Origin: Gammaproteobacteria bacterium
GTDB taxonomy: Bacteria > Pseudomonadota > Gammaproteobacteria > Pseudomonadales > Pseudohongiellaceae
Assembly: GCA_002730035.1 (NCBI GenBank)
Contig: PBYU01000016.1
Location: forward strand, 126,098 to 190,097
DNA: 64,000 nt
Direction of reading: 5' to 3'
This document shows, piece after piece, positions 28,399-39,973 of this stretch; position 1 is the first letter of the stretch, and each line of letters starts with the position of its first letter. Made by a program: the position numbers and the translations under genes. The notes below the pieces were generated by a model, which saw nothing but the letters and a program-made list of their open reading frames with translations, was not told the origin of the DNA and ran no database searches.

Positions 28399-29982
28399 AT
28401 GACCAGTTCGCTGCAACAGCACATTGCCAACCGCCGGGTATTGGCAATCATCTCCCACCCCGATGCGGGCAAGACGACGATTACTGAGAAGCTGCTGTTG
28501 TTCGGCAAGCTGATACAGATAGCCGGTACCGTCAAGGCCAGGAAATCGGATCGTCATGCCACTTCGGACTGGATGGCGATGGAACAGCAACGGGGTATCT
28601 CGGTTACTTCGTCGGTCATGCAGTTTCCCTACCGGGGTCGCACCGTAAATCTACTGGACACACCGGGGCACGAAGATTTCTCGGAAGACACTTATCGGGT
28701 ACTCACCGCGGTAGATTCAGCACTGATGGTGGTGGATGGCGCCAAGGGAGTCGAGGCGCGCACCATTAAGCTGATGGAGGTCTGTCGACTGCGTGATACG
28801 CCAATCTTTACCTTCGTCAACAAGCTCGACCGGGATATTCGCGATCCTATCGAGATTCTCGATGAAATCGAAAACGTATTGAAGATTCGGTGTGCGCCGA
28901 TCAACTGGCCGCTGGGAATGGGAAAGGAGTTCAAGGGCGTTTACAACTTCTATACCGATACTATTCACGTCTACCAGCAGGGTCAGGGGCATCGGGTTCC
29001 CGAGGATGTGCAGCTCAAGGGATTGGACGATGTCGAGGCGCAGGATTTGCTGGGAAGTTATCTGCAGGACTTTCGAGACGAAATCGAATTTGTGAAAGGC
29101 GCCAGCCATGAATTTGACAGGGAGGCTCATTTAAAGGGGCAACTGACCCCTGTGTATTTTGGAACTGCGCTCGGTAATTTCAGCGTAAGAGAGATGCTGG
29201 ACGATTTCATTCAGTGGGCACCGGCGCCCCAGGATAGAGAGACCGAATCCAGAGTTGTGAATGCCTATGGCAAAGACTTCAGTGGTTTCGTATTCAAGAT
29301 TCAGGCAAACATGGACCCGAAACATCGCGACCGCATAGCCTTCATGCGAATCTGTTCCGGTGAATATCAAAAGGGTATGAAAATGCGCCATTGCAGGATA
29401 GGCAAAGACGTTAAGGTAGCCGACGCCGTGACCTTCATTGCCGGAGACCGGGCACAGGCAGAGCAGGCCGTATCGGGAGACATCATTGGCTTGCACAATC
29501 ATGGCACGATCCAGATCGGGGATACTTTTACTACCGGTGAAGAACTAAAATTCCGGGGCATTCCACACTTCGCGCCCGAACTTTTCAAGCGCATTCGATT
29601 GCAGGAACCGCTCAAGTTGAAGCAGCTGCAGAAGGGTCTAACACAGTTATCTGAGGAAGGCTCGACACAGGTTTTCATGCCGCTCAGAAACAATGACCTG
29701 ATAGTTGGCGCGGTGGGCGTGTTGCAATTTGAAGTTGTCGCGTTTCGTCTCAAAGATGAGTACAAGGTGGACTGCATCTACGAGCCGGTCACCGTGTATG
29801 TTGCCCGCTGGGTGGATTCGGAAGACAAGGTGAAGCTGGAGGAATTTCGTAAGAAGGCTCACGACAACCTGTCTATCGATGCAGGAGGGTATCTCACCTA
29901 CCTGGCGCCAACACGAGTAAATCTTAAGCTGATGGAAGAACGCTGGCCCGATATCCAGTTCCGTGCCACCAGAGAACATTGA
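28399..29982 (+). CDS. prfC: Peptide chain release factor 3
   Basis: GTPase motifs [20 protein letters not shown] and NKLD are present. RF3-specific regions are collinear with E. coli PrfC. Confidence 0.95.
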   Translation: MTSSLQQHIANRRVLAIISHPDAGKTTITEKLLLFGKLIQIAGTVKARKSDRHATSDWMAMEQQRGISVTSSVMQFPYRGRTVNLLDTPGHEDFSEDTYRVLTAVDSALMVVDGAKGVEARTIKLMEVCRLRDTPIFTFVNKLDRDIRDPIEILDEIENVLKIRCAPINWPLGMGKEFKGVYNFYTDTIHVYQQGQGHRVPEDVQLKGLDDVEAQDLLGSYLQDFRDEIEFVKGASHEFDREAHLKGQLTPVYFGTALGNFSVREMLDDFIQWAPAPQDRETESRVVNAYGKDFSGFVFKIQANMDPKHRDRIAFMRICSGEYQKGMKMRHCRIGKDVKVADAVTFIAGDRAQAEQAVSGDIIGLHNHGTIQIGDTFTTGEELKFRGIPHFAPELFKRIRLQEPLKLKQLQKGLTQLSEEGSTQVFMPLRNNDLIVGAVGVLQFEVVAFRLKDEYKVDCIYEPVTVYVARWVDSEDKVKLEEFRKKAHDNLSIDAGGYLTYLAPTRVNLKLMEERWPDIQFRATREH

Positions 29983-29996
29983 GCGTCTGCGACTGA

Positions 29997-31115
<1,119 letters not shown>

Positions 31116-31259
31116 GACGCTGAATTTTATGGGAAAGCCTTGAATATCGAGCAATCACCCCAACAATGTGGGGAATGAACAAACGCACAGTCCTGAAAAA
31201 TTTAGGGCAACTATCCGACAAATCACACAGAATCGAATAAAGCATTAACGAGAGATGTC

Positions 31260-31601
31260 ATGAACCTATCAGACTTACTAATTCCTACCGCCTACGCTCA
31301 GGACGCAGGAGCAGCGTCAGGCGCTTCGCCGATGTATAACCTGCTGCTGTTCGGCGGGATGCTTCTGATGTTCTACCTGATTATTTGGCGTCCCCAGTCG
31401 AAAAGATCCAAGGAGCACCGCGAACTCGTCGGAGGCATCTCCAAGGGGGATGAGGTCATGACGTCAGGGGGTTTACTCGGTAAGGTGTCCAAGGTTAGTG
31501 ACGACTATATTGCGATTGTGGTCGCCGAAGGGGTCGAATTGAAAGTGCAGAAATCCTCAGTCTCGGCTGCCCTGCCCAAGGGTACGATAAAGCAGATTTA
31601 G
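31260..31601 (+). CDS. yajC: Preprotein translocase subunit YajC
   Basis: Typical YajC sequence (MFYLIIWRPQSKRSKEHRELV..GDEVMTSGGLLGKV). It sits in tgt-yajC-secDF synteny. Confidence 0.9.
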   Translation: MNLSDLLIPTAYAQDAGAASGASPMYNLLLFGGMLLMFYLIIWRPQSKRSKEHRELVGGISKGDEVMTSGGLLGKVSKVSDDYIAIVVAEGVELKVQKSSVSAALPKGTIKQI

Positions 31602-31653
31602 CCCCAACGATTGGGCATTATCCAGATGAGACCTGAAGTGTTGCGGACTTAAA

Positions 31654-33531
31654 ATGCTGAACAAATACCCGATGTGGAAAAACATCCTGATCCTGGTTGT
31701 GGTGATACTGGGGCTGTTGTACTCCGTGCCCAATCTGTATCCAGATGATGAGGCGATTCAGGTGACGACCGGCAGCCTGTCTCTTAATGCTTCGGACATG
31801 GAGGTCATTACCACGGCATTGGAAGCGGCTCAGGTTGATTTCTTCGGGGAGGAAGTCAGCGAGGAGAATATTCTGTTGCGCTTCGCCGACGTGGATGACC
31901 AACTGCGCGCCAAGACCGCCATCGAAGAGGCACTCAGCGATGATTACATCATCGCGTTGAACCTGGCGCCGACAACTCCGGGATGGCTGCAGGCCATTGG
32001 TGCAGGAAAGATGAACCTGGGTCTGGATTTGCAGGGTGGCGTGCACTTCCTCATGGAAGTGGACTTGGAAGCGGCGCAGCAACGACGCATGGAAGATAAC
32101 CTCAGCAATGTGCGGACCATATTACGCGAAGAACGCATTCGAACCCGCGGTATTAATCTGATCAGCAATTCCCATCTCGAAGTACGCTTTGCCGATGCCG
32201 AAGCGCGTAGCCAGGCGCGTCCGGAACTGATAGATAATTTCCCCGAGATCCAATTTCAGAATCGAGAAACGGAAGGGGTTTTCATTCTCGATATGCGCCT
32301 GACTTCTGACACCGTGTTGCAGATACAGCGCGATACATTGCAGGCCAATAGCACCACCATCAGGAATCGCGTAGATGCTCTGGGCGTAGCGGAACCCACC
32401 GTGCAGCAACAGGGAGCCGATCGAATAGTGGTTGAATTGCCAGGTATCCAGGATCCTGCGCAGGCCATCAGATTTTTGCAGCGCATTGCGACACTTGAAT
32501 TTCACCTGGAAGCCGAGATCGGTGCGCCGAGCCTCTCCTATGAAACCTACGAGAGCGAGGGTAGACTCATTAACGTCGATAACGACGTAATCCTGCAGGG
32601 CGACCGGATCAGCAATGTACGCTCTACTCTGGATCAGAATAGTCTGCCGCAAGTGCAGATAAATCTGGATGCCCAGGGTGGCAACCAGATCAATCGTGTG
32701 ACACGCGATAATGTCGGGCGCATGATGGATATACTGCTGAGCGAAACCAAGTCGCGCACCACTATTTCGCTTAACGAAGACGGCGAAGAGATCGAAGAAA
32801 CCGAATTTTACGAAGACAGACGCCTCATCAGTCATGCCACCATACGAACCGCGCTGCCGCGAACCTTTGTCATTACCGGACTAAACCCCAGTGAAGCCAA
32901 CGAATTGTCCGATTTGATTCGCTCCGGCTCCCTGGCAGCACCGATGACCATTGTCGAACAGAGTGTGATCGGACCCACCATGGGAAGAGAGAATCTGGAG
33001 GCAGGTTTCAGAGGTGTGCTGGTGGCCGCAGCATTAGTAATTGGTTTCATGCTGTTTTACTACCGCGGATTTGGTCTGGCGGCGAATGCTGCATTGATCA
33101 TGAACATCCTGCTCATTTTTGCGGTAATGTCTTCGATAATTCCAGCAACCCTGACACTGCCGGGAATTGTCGGCATCGTCCTCACGGTGGGAATGGCGGT
33201 GGATGCCAATGTGCTGATCTTCACCCGTATCCGAGAAGAACTGAGCAATGGCGTACAACCGCAACAGGCGATAGATGCAGGTTATGATCGTGCATTCACT
33301 ACCATCATCGATGCCAATCTGACGACCTTTCTGGTAGCGGCCGTGTTATTCACGATTGGAACCGGGCCGGTAAAAGGATTTTCTGTAACCCTCATGATAG
33401 GCATTATGACTTCAATGTTTACCGCTATCGTCGGTACACGTGCGCTTGTTAATCTGGTCTATGGCGGGCGCGCAGTACAGCAGTTATCCATCGGCAGATA
33501 TAGAACTAATCAGAATGCAGAATCTACCTGA
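31654..33531 (+). CDS. secD: Protein translocase subunit SecD
   Basis: The N-terminus MLNKYPMWKNIL..LLYSVPNLY matches E. coli SecD, and the C-terminal TM bundle is conserved. Confidence 0.95.
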   Translation: MLNKYPMWKNILILVVVILGLLYSVPNLYPDDEAIQVTTGSLSLNASDMEVITTALEAAQVDFFGEEVSEENILLRFADVDDQLRAKTAIEEALSDDYIIALNLAPTTPGWLQAIGAGKMNLGLDLQGGVHFLMEVDLEAAQQRRMEDNLSNVRTILREERIRTRGINLISNSHLEVRFADAEARSQARPELIDNFPEIQFQNRETEGVFILDMRLTSDTVLQIQRDTLQANSTTIRNRVDALGVAEPTVQQQGADRIVVELPGIQDPAQAIRFLQRIATLEFHLEAEIGAPSLSYETYESEGRLINVDNDVILQGDRISNVRSTLDQNSLPQVQINLDAQGGNQINRVTRDNVGRMMDILLSETKSRTTISLNEDGEEIEETEFYEDRRLISHATIRTALPRTFVITGLNPSEANELSDLIRSGSLAAPMTIVEQSVIGPTMGRENLEAGFRGVLVAAALVIGFMLFYYRGFGLAANAALIMNILLIFAVMSSIIPATLTLPGIVGIVLTVGMAVDANVLIFTRIREELSNGVQPQQAIDAGYDRAFTTIIDANLTTFLVAAVLFTIGTGPVKGFSVTLMIGIMTSMFTAIVGTRALVNLVYGGRAVQQLSIGRYRTNQNAEST

Positions 33532-33554
33532 CAAATATTTTATGGAAAACACAG

Positions 33555-34505
33555 ATGATCGGCGATAAGGAAATTGACTTTATGGGTGTCCGCAAGCCGG
33601 CGGCGATGATTTCTGCAGCGCTCGTTGTAATCTCCTTAATTTCCCTGGCGACTAATTCGTTGCAGTTTGGGCTCGATTTCACCAGTGGAACCTCGGTGCG
33701 ACTTAATTACTCTGATTCGGTAGTACTGAGCGAAGTGAATGGAATTTTGCAGGGCAATGGTTATGAGGATGCCGTGGTCGTGCAATTTGGCTCGGACCGC
33801 GAAATACGAGTAGTGCTTCCGGTCGATGAGAGCGTGGCTGTTGAAAATCAGGCGGAACAGGCTGCGTTGGTAGGTGAAGTCATCGCCGAAGTCTTAAGTA
33901 ACAACAGTGATGACGAGATTACTCTGCTGGGTTCGGACTACGTGAGTGCCAAGGTCGGTGAGGAATTAGCCGAGGACGGCGGTCTCGGGATGTTGGTAGC
34001 ACTGGGTATCATCATGGTTTACATCGCCGTGCGATTCCAGTTCAAGTTCTCGGTGGGTGCGGTGGTTGCATTGGCTCACGATCTTATCATTACGCTGGGA
34101 ATTTTTTCGCTGTCTGGGATGGAGTTCAATCTCAACACCTTGGCGGCTATGCTGGCCATCATCGGCTACTCGCTTAATGATACGATCGTGGTATCGGATC
34201 GCATTCGTGAAAATTTTCGGCGCATGCGCAAAGGGTCGTCGATTGAGCTGGTTAATGTGTCGCTAAACCAGACATTAAGTAGAACAATGATCACCTCCTT
34301 TACCACACTGCTGGTACTTTTTTCTATTTTGTTTATCGGTGGCGAAGCAACACAGGGATTTGCAATAGCACTGATAATCGGTGTGATAATCGGTACCTAC
34401 TCTTCAGTCTACATCGCCTCGAACGTCATTATCTATATGAACGTAACCCGGGAAGACCTGATGATTCCCATCAAGGAAGGCGCCGACCTCGACGGCCTTC
34501 CTTAG
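33555..34505 (+). CDS. secF: Protein translocase subunit SecF
   Basis: SecF motifs are present (FGLDFTSGT, GYSLNDTIVVSDRIREN). It lies directly downstream of secD. Confidence 0.95.
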   Translation: MIGDKEIDFMGVRKPAAMISAALVVISLISLATNSLQFGLDFTSGTSVRLNYSDSVVLSEVNGILQGNGYEDAVVVQFGSDREIRVVLPVDESVAVENQAEQAALVGEVIAEVLSNNSDDEITLLGSDYVSAKVGEELAEDGGLGMLVALGIIMVYIAVRFQFKFSVGAVVALAHDLIITLGIFSLSGMEFNLNTLAAMLAIIGYSLNDTIVVSDRIRENFRRMRKGSSIELVNVSLNQTLSRTMITSFTTLLVLFSILFIGGEATQGFAIALIIGVIIGTYSSVYIASNVIIYMNVTREDLMIPIKEGADLDGLP

Positions 34506-34713
34506 TCCTCAACTGCACAAATCGATTGCTTCCGAGAATTTACTTACGTCGATGGCAGCCGCGCAAGGATTTTATTCTCTGCCAGCGATCAAGTTGAATT
34601 ATTCCGAGGCGATACACTCCCTGAGATCTGCTAATTACCACTTGGCGAGGTTGTTCAATATTGCTATGGTTTAGCTCGTCAACAACGAGCGCGGAGAAAG
34701 AGGCCGGATTCGC

Positions 34714-37029
34714 TTGATTTATAGTGCAAAAATCCACATTCAATCAATTGCTCAGGGGCTTCATGGACTGACGCTTCGTCTCGTACTGGGTGCGCTGCTG
34801 CTGACGCCAATCCTGGCTGCTGCCCAGTCAACCGAGCTGTTTCCACGGCCTCCCGAACTGGAACCTGCAATCAATTTCTGGATCCGCGTTTACACCGAGG
34901 TCGATACCCAGAATGGCTTTCTGCATGACTCTCAGAATCTGTCGGTCATCTACACCCGCAGCTCCAACAGGCGCCGGGACAGGGAAAATACCCGTGATCG
35001 TATCCGCAACGATTTGCAGACACTGGCAACAGGCCAGCGGGACAATCTAACCCGCACTCAGCAGGAAATCCTGGCTCTCTGGCCGGACGATGTCAGTAAC
35101 CAGACCCTGCGTACCGCCGCCTCCAACGTAAGATTTCAACTCGGGCAATCCGACCGCTTTCTCGGTGGACTGCAACGCTCCGGTGCCTATCGCAGGCATA
35201 TCAATGAAGTAATCCGCGAGAAAAATCTGCCCATCGAATTGGGAGTGCTACCCCACGTCGAATCATCATTCAACCCGGGTGCGTATTCGAGTGCCTCGGC
35301 AGCCGGGATGTGGCAATTCGGTCGGGCCACCGGACAGCGCTTCATGCGCATCGATCACATTGTCGATGAGCGCATGGATCCCTATATTGCCACTAACGCG
35401 GCGATGAGTCTGCTGGAGTACAACTACTCAGTGCTGGGTACCTGGCCTCTTGCGCTTACTGCATATAACCACGGTGCGGCTGGTATCGCGCGTGCAGTGC
35501 GGCAGACTGGTACTACCGATATCGAGAAAATTGTGGCCAACTATCGCGGTCGTGCCTTTGGATTTGCATCACGCAATTTCTATGCGCAATTTCTGGCGGT
35601 GAATCACGTCGAGAATGAAGCGCGTCGCTATTTCGGGGACGTGCGCCTCAACGCTGCGCCGCAGTTTCGTGAAGTGGCGACCGATGCCTATATAGACGCA
35701 GAGGTGTTTGCCAGGTCGGTCGGCATCAGTCTGGAACAGTTGCAGGCCGACAACCCGGCACTACGGCCAGCCGTATGGGAGGGTAACAAGCGCATTCCGG
35801 TGGATTTTCCCATCAAGCTGAGAACGGAAGCCGTTGCTCCTGGAAACCTGTTGGCCATGATACCGGCCGATTTCAAGTTTCCCGTCCAAACCCCGGATAT
35901 TGCCTACGTGGTCGAGAGCGGCGATAGCCTGTCGGTTATCGCGCGCCGCTTTAGTACCAGTGTCTCCAGGATAGTGTCCTTGAATCAGCTGCCAAGCCGA
36001 CACCGAATTGCGATTGGGCAGCGTTTGCTGTTGCCACAGGATAATATCGACGACCAGTTGCTGGCGGCGAATGTGAACGCGGCGGTTTCGGGCGATGGCG
36101 GCTACACAGTGCGTCGCGGCGATACAGTCTCCCTGATCGCAGCGCGGTACGGGGTAACGGAGCAGGCGCTGTTGGATATTAATGGCATCCAGGATCGCAA
36201 TCGCATCTACCCTGGTCAGCAGCTCAGACTGCCTGGATTCGAGCCAGAAGGGCAGCTGTTGGCGTCAATCGATGCCAATCTGGTTCCCACGCCACCGACA
36301 TTGGTGCAGTTTGCCGATGATGTGGGTGACCCAGCAACTGAGGTGGGTGGTAATGGTGGAGGAATCGCCGTAGCAGCTGCCGAACCCCCGCTACCCGAAC
36401 AACCACAGCCCCAGGAGATAATCGAAGAGCCAGCGGTACAATTGGCTCTCAATGAGGAGTTATTGCCTCCGGCGGCAGTGTTACCGGATAACCAGGAGCT
36501 GGAACTGCCGGTGACTGAAGAAGAGGAGCAGGCTATCGCCCTCGATCCGCAACTGGATGTGGCTGAGAGCAACGAACAACTCACCGAAGCCTTGTCGGCC
36601 GACCCTTCCGATTACACCGTAGCCAGCAATAATACCGTTGAGATTCAGGCATCCGAAACACTGGGACACTATGCCGATTGGTTAGGCATTCGAGCCTGGG
36701 ATATTCGCCGCCTCAATAACATGGCTTTTCGCGATCCTGTCATTATCGGAAAGCGACTCACGCTGGACTTCTCGCGGGTGAATATTGCCGAGTTTGAGCT
36801 CAAGCGCCGCGGCTTTCATTCGACTCTGCAGCAACAGTTCTTCAGTAACTATCGTATTCAGGGTGTTGAGCAATACCGGGTGAAGCGGGGCGATAATGTT
36901 GGGCGCATCGCACGCAACCGCTACTCCACCCCAAACTGGCTATTGCGGCAGTACAATCCGGAGCTGGATTTCAATCGAATCCAGATCGATCAGGAGATTG
37001 TCTTTCCACTGCTGGGACAGGTTAACTGA
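34714..37029 (+). CDS. MltD-like membrane-bound lytic murein transglycosylase with multiple LysM domains
   Basis: SLT catalytic region (LPHVESSFNPGAYSSASAAGMWQF). There are about four LysM repeats (e.g. YVVESGDSLSVIARRF, YTVRRGDTVSLIAARY, YRVKRGDNVGRIA). The linkers are acidic and Pro-rich. Confidence 0.85.
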   Translation: MIYSAKIHIQSIAQGLHGLTLRLVLGALLLTPILAAAQSTELFPRPPELEPAINFWIRVYTEVDTQNGFLHDSQNLSVIYTRSSNRRRDRENTRDRIRNDLQTLATGQRDNLTRTQQEILALWPDDVSNQTLRTAASNVRFQLGQSDRFLGGLQRSGAYRRHINEVIREKNLPIELGVLPHVESSFNPGAYSSASAAGMWQFGRATGQRFMRIDHIVDERMDPYIATNAAMSLLEYNYSVLGTWPLALTAYNHGAAGIARAVRQTGTTDIEKIVANYRGRAFGFASRNFYAQFLAVNHVENEARRYFGDVRLNAAPQFREVATDAYIDAEVFARSVGISLEQLQADNPALRPAVWEGNKRIPVDFPIKLRTEAVAPGNLLAMIPADFKFPVQTPDIAYVVESGDSLSVIARRFSTSVSRIVSLNQLPSRHRIAIGQRLLLPQDNIDDQLLAANVNAAVSGDGGYTVRRGDTVSLIAARYGVTEQALLDINGIQDRNRIYPGQQLRLPGFEPEGQLLASIDANLVPTPPTLVQFADDVGDPATEVGGNGGGIAVAAAEPPLPEQPQPQEIIEEPAVQLALNEELLPPAAVLPDNQELELPVTEEEEQAIALDPQLDVAESNEQLTEALSADPSDYTVASNNTVEIQASETLGHYADWLGIRAWDIRRLNNMAFRDPVIIGKRLTLDFSRVNIAEFELKRRGFHSTLQQQFFSNYRIQGVEQYRVKRGDNVGRIARNRYSTPNWLLRQYNPELDFNRIQIDQEIVFPLLGQVN

Positions 37030-37032
37030 ATA

Positions 37033-38187
37033 CTAGTTGGCTGACATTCGGGCTGTATCAGTAAGCCCCATCCTCTCAGATAGTCCCACATATTGCTGGC
37101 CCACATAGTCCATGGTGTAGTGCTCAAGCCCGGCGCTGGGTAGATTTTCGTGGCAGGCTTTTAGTTGTTGCCACGCCAGCAGCTTGTGCAGGATGTGCCG
37201 TACCGTAGCTTGCTGCTGCGCGGCACGCCTGAACAGAAATGCCGCTTCGAGATATTCAGGATAGACCAGATCAGCCGGCGTCAGGGGAGTGCATCCGGCC
37301 GCCACCGCTTCCTGCACTGCCAGACCCTGAAAGTCATGCAGTGCAGTGGACAGTACAACATCGCAACGTTGTAATAGTGCCAGATAGTCATTCCGCTCAG
37401 GTACAAAGCCGAAACTTCCTCGTGAGATTCCTGTGCGCGCCCCATGCTCGGCCAGGGTCTGGTTGATCTCCGCAAATTGCGGCGGTTGTTGTCGGAACTG
37501 TTCCCCAACAATGTGGAAACGAAGCGGCAACTGCTGTGCCGCAACCTGCTTTACCAGCGGCAGCAGTAACTCAATTTCTTTATCGTATTCCCAGTGGTGG
37601 TTCCAGATGACTTCCAATATCGAATCGTCGTGCTTGTCCTTTTTCGGATCCTGCTTTAGTTCTCTGGTGTCTATCGGTACGGGTATTACCTGGCTGTTTT
37701 GTAATTTGCCGAGAATCGAATCAGGAAACTTCTCTGGCAATCTTTGAATGATAGACCTGGCGCTTTCTAGAAATGTCTGGCGGTTAAACTGACTGTTGAA
37801 CACAACTACATCGGCGCACAGCGCCGAGTAGAGGGGAACGAGTTGATGTTCGACATTCTCTCGATGCTGCTCGCCAGCGGGATAGGCAAACTGATTTTCA
37901 TGGAAATAAATCAGTGTTGGAATCTTGCTCAATGCCGGCACAAATCCACGCAAACTGGATAGATCGACCATGGAAGTGACTATTAACAGATCGTAGGGCT
38001 GGTTGAGTGTTTTCAGTTCGGTTGTCGCCCACTGCAGGCTATTGCCGCGTATGCGCCAGTTGAAATGTCGTGGGGGAAGTGCCAGCTGGGTCCAGTTCAA
38101 CTGTGGAAACAGCTGTAGCAGTCGCCGTCGCCACAATTTGTGGCTGCTCGCATCGTAGGCTGACAGTAGAAGAATCTTGTTGCGCAT
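37033..38187 (-). CDS. DUF3524 + GT4 glycosyltransferase, homologue of eukaryotic GTDC1 (tRNA-queuosine mannosyltransferase QTMAN)
   Basis: Blocks are shared with human GTDC1: YFHENQFAYP, ADVVVFNSQFNRQTFL, VIWNHHWEYDKE, DLVYPEYL. Confidence 0.8.
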   Translation of the reverse strand: MRNKILLLSAYDASSHKLWRRRLLQLFPQLNWTQLALPPRHFNWRIRGNSLQWATTELKTLNQPYDLLIVTSMVDLSSLRGFVPALSKIPTLIYFHENQFAYPAGEQHRENVEHQLVPLYSALCADVVVFNSQFNRQTFLESARSIIQRLPEKFPDSILGKLQNSQVIPVPIDTRELKQDPKKDKHDDSILEVIWNHHWEYDKEIELLLPLVKQVAAQQLPLRFHIVGEQFRQQPPQFAEINQTLAEHGARTGISRGSFGFVPERNDYLALLQRCDVVLSTALHDFQGLAVQEAVAAGCTPLTPADLVYPEYLEAAFLFRRAAQQQATVRHILHKLLAWQQLKACHENLPSAGLEHYTMDYVGQQYVGLSERMGLTDTARMSAN

Positions 38188-38210
38188 AGTAACAGCTATC
38201 GAATAAGCAC

Positions 38211-38230
38211 CTTGTTCAGAGGGTCCCTAA
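38211..38230 (+). repeat. Copy 3 of the conserved 20-nt motif CTTGTTCAGAGGGTCCCTAA
   Basis: Exact 20-mer identical to 19128-19147. Here it is embedded in a 7-bp inverted repeat, CCTTGTT (38210-38216) / AACAAGG (38229-38235). It lies 23 nt from the minus-strand start at 38187. Confidence 0.6.
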
Positions 38231-38314
38231 CAAGGCAACTCATTAGTTCGATGCCTCGCTTTGCAAATCTGCAGCCTACAGGGTAATTTCTGCATTCATC
38301 TACGGAGAACCCAA

Positions 38315-38935
38315 ATGAGTATCAAGTTGTACGGTATGCCATTGAGTAACTATTACAACATGGTGAAAGCCATTTTGTTAGAAAAGGGAATGCAATTCGA
38401 AGAAGTACTGGTCACTCCGAATCAGGAGGATGACTATCTGGCGAAGAGCCCTATGGGCAAAGTTCCCTGTCTGGAAACTGAGCAGGGTTTTCTGACTGAA
38501 ACCGGCGTCATGCTGGATTATCTTGACGCGCTGGGAGAGGGACCCTCTTTCTATCCGGAGGATGTTTTTGCCAAAGCCAAGGTGCAGGAACTGATGCGAT
38601 ACCTGGAACTCTATATTGAGTTACCGGGACGTCGTCTCTATGGCGATGTATTCTTCGGTCGACCGGCGAGTGATGAGGAGAAAGCGGCAGTAAAGCCCAT
38701 TCTGGAAAAGGGATTCGCGGCACTACAGAAAATTGCGCGTTTCGATCCTTATATCGCAGGCACGGAACTTACTTACGCTGACTTCTATTTCCTGTTCGCA
38801 ATGGCACCGGTAACCCTGGTGTGCAAGAAGACTTGGAAATGGGATGTGCGGGAGGAGATCCCAGCCATCCACGAGCTGAATGCACTGCTGGGCGAGAGAG
38901 AGTCCGTTAAGCGGGTTCAGGCGGATCAAAAATAG
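38315..38935 (+). CDS. Glutathione S-transferase
   Basis: GST N- and C-domain pattern (MSIKLYGMPLSNYYNMVK, GKVPCLETEQGFLTETGVMLDYL). The ATG at 38315 is preceded by GGAGAA. Confidence 0.8.
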   Translation: MSIKLYGMPLSNYYNMVKAILLEKGMQFEEVLVTPNQEDDYLAKSPMGKVPCLETEQGFLTETGVMLDYLDALGEGPSFYPEDVFAKAKVQELMRYLELYIELPGRRLYGDVFFGRPASDEEKAAVKPILEKGFAALQKIARFDPYIAGTELTYADFYFLFAMAPVTLVCKKTWKWDVREEIPAIHELNALLGERESVKRVQADQK

Positions 38936-38966
38936 GAAAATAGAGGAAAATAGAGGAAAATAGAGA
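38929..38966. repeat. Tandem 10-bp repeat AAAATAGAGG (two exact units plus two imperfect units)
   Basis: Sequence reads AAAATAGG AAAATAGAGG AAAATAGAGG AAAATAGAGA. The first TAG is the GST stop codon. The repeat lies between convergent genes. Confidence 0.8.
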
Positions 38967-38993
38967 AAAACCGAGACAGACCCCATTTTAACT

Positions 38994-39866
38994 CTATCGG
39001 TGGGCCGTTCTCTCCAGAATTCCCTTGTTCTCAGCCATTTCGAGAATGCTATCGATGTTCTCTTCGATATCTTCTACTGTGGCCTTAAGCCCCAAATCGA
39101 CCCCGCTGTTCTCTCTGACATCGGCTGAGTAATAGCGCCCGCCGGCTGCCTGGATAATGCGCCCATTCGGCGCCTGATCGCTACACAGGAATACCACCGC
39201 CGGAGTCACCAACTCCGGTGCCAGGCGTTCGGCACTGTCTTCGAAACCAGGTAGGTCCAAAGTCATTCGTGTGGCCGCGATGGGTGCGATGGAATTGGTG
39301 AAAATATTGTATTTCGCGCCTTCGAAGCGCAGCGTGTTCATGAATCCCACTAGGCCAAGTTTGGCGGCACCGTAATTGCTCTGCCCAAAATTTCCAAACA
39401 GTCCCGAAGTGGAAGTAGTCATAACAATTCGACCGTAATTCTGTTCGGTCATAATTGGCCATACGCATTTAGTCGTATTGAGGCTGCCTGTCAGGTGCAC
39501 ATCCAGCACGGCATGCCAGTTTTCCAGCTCCAGTTTGGCGAAGGTCTTGTCCCTGAGGATTCCGGCATTATTGACCAGAATATCGATGCGTCCCCATTCA
39601 GCCATGGTGCTGTCAATCATTGACTGTACCGCTTCGAGGTCGGTTACAGACGCGCTGTTGGCGATAGCCGTGCCGCCGGCTCTGGTTATTTCCTGAGCGA
39701 CCGCTTCAGCGGCGGACACTGACCCGCCGCTACCATCGACACTGCCACCCAGGTCGTTTACGACTACCTTGGCACCACGGCGGCCTAGCTCTAGAGCATG
39801 CTGTCTGCCGAGTCCACCACCGGCACCGGTAACCAGTGCTACCCGATCTTGAAAACTAATGGCCAT
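38994..39866 (-). CDS. SDR-family oxidoreductase (MFE-2-type 3-hydroxyacyl-CoA dehydrogenase-like)
   Basis: Motifs present: TGAGGGLG, NNAG, the catalytic YGAAK, and the characteristic VVVNDLGGSVDGSGGS insert of MFE-2-like dehydrogenases. Confidence 0.85.
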   Translation of the reverse strand: MAISFQDRVALVTGAGGGLGRQHALELGRRGAKVVVNDLGGSVDGSGGSVSAAEAVAQEITRAGGTAIANSASVTDLEAVQSMIDSTMAEWGRIDILVNNAGILRDKTFAKLELENWHAVLDVHLTGSLNTTKCVWPIMTEQNYGRIVMTTSTSGLFGNFGQSNYGAAKLGLVGFMNTLRFEGAKYNIFTNSIAPIAATRMTLDLPGFEDSAERLAPELVTPAVVFLCSDQAPNGRIIQAAGGRYYSADVRENSGVDLGLKATVEDIEENIDSILEMAENKGILERTAHR

Positions 39867-39973
39867 AATTATTCCTTGTTAAAACAGAGTCTGCGCCCAT
39901 TTTGCCAGAGAATTGTGCGCAGGGGTTAATTGTCGTTATCATCACAGGCATTATTGATCCTTAGTAGAAAGGC

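Noticed and set aside
36290-36600. The acidic, Pro-rich low-complexity stretch in the MltD-like protein as a separate feature or frameshift.
   Set aside because: The frame stays open, and recognisable LysM repeats lie on both sides. It is consistent with a flexible linker.
38929-38966. CRISPR-like or other spaced repeat arrays. I also checked the repeats at 17006-17078 and 55696-55722.
   Set aside because: The units are 10-22 bp and directly tandem, or have only 4-5 nt spacers. There are no 25-40 bp repeats with unique spacers and no cas genes in the window.
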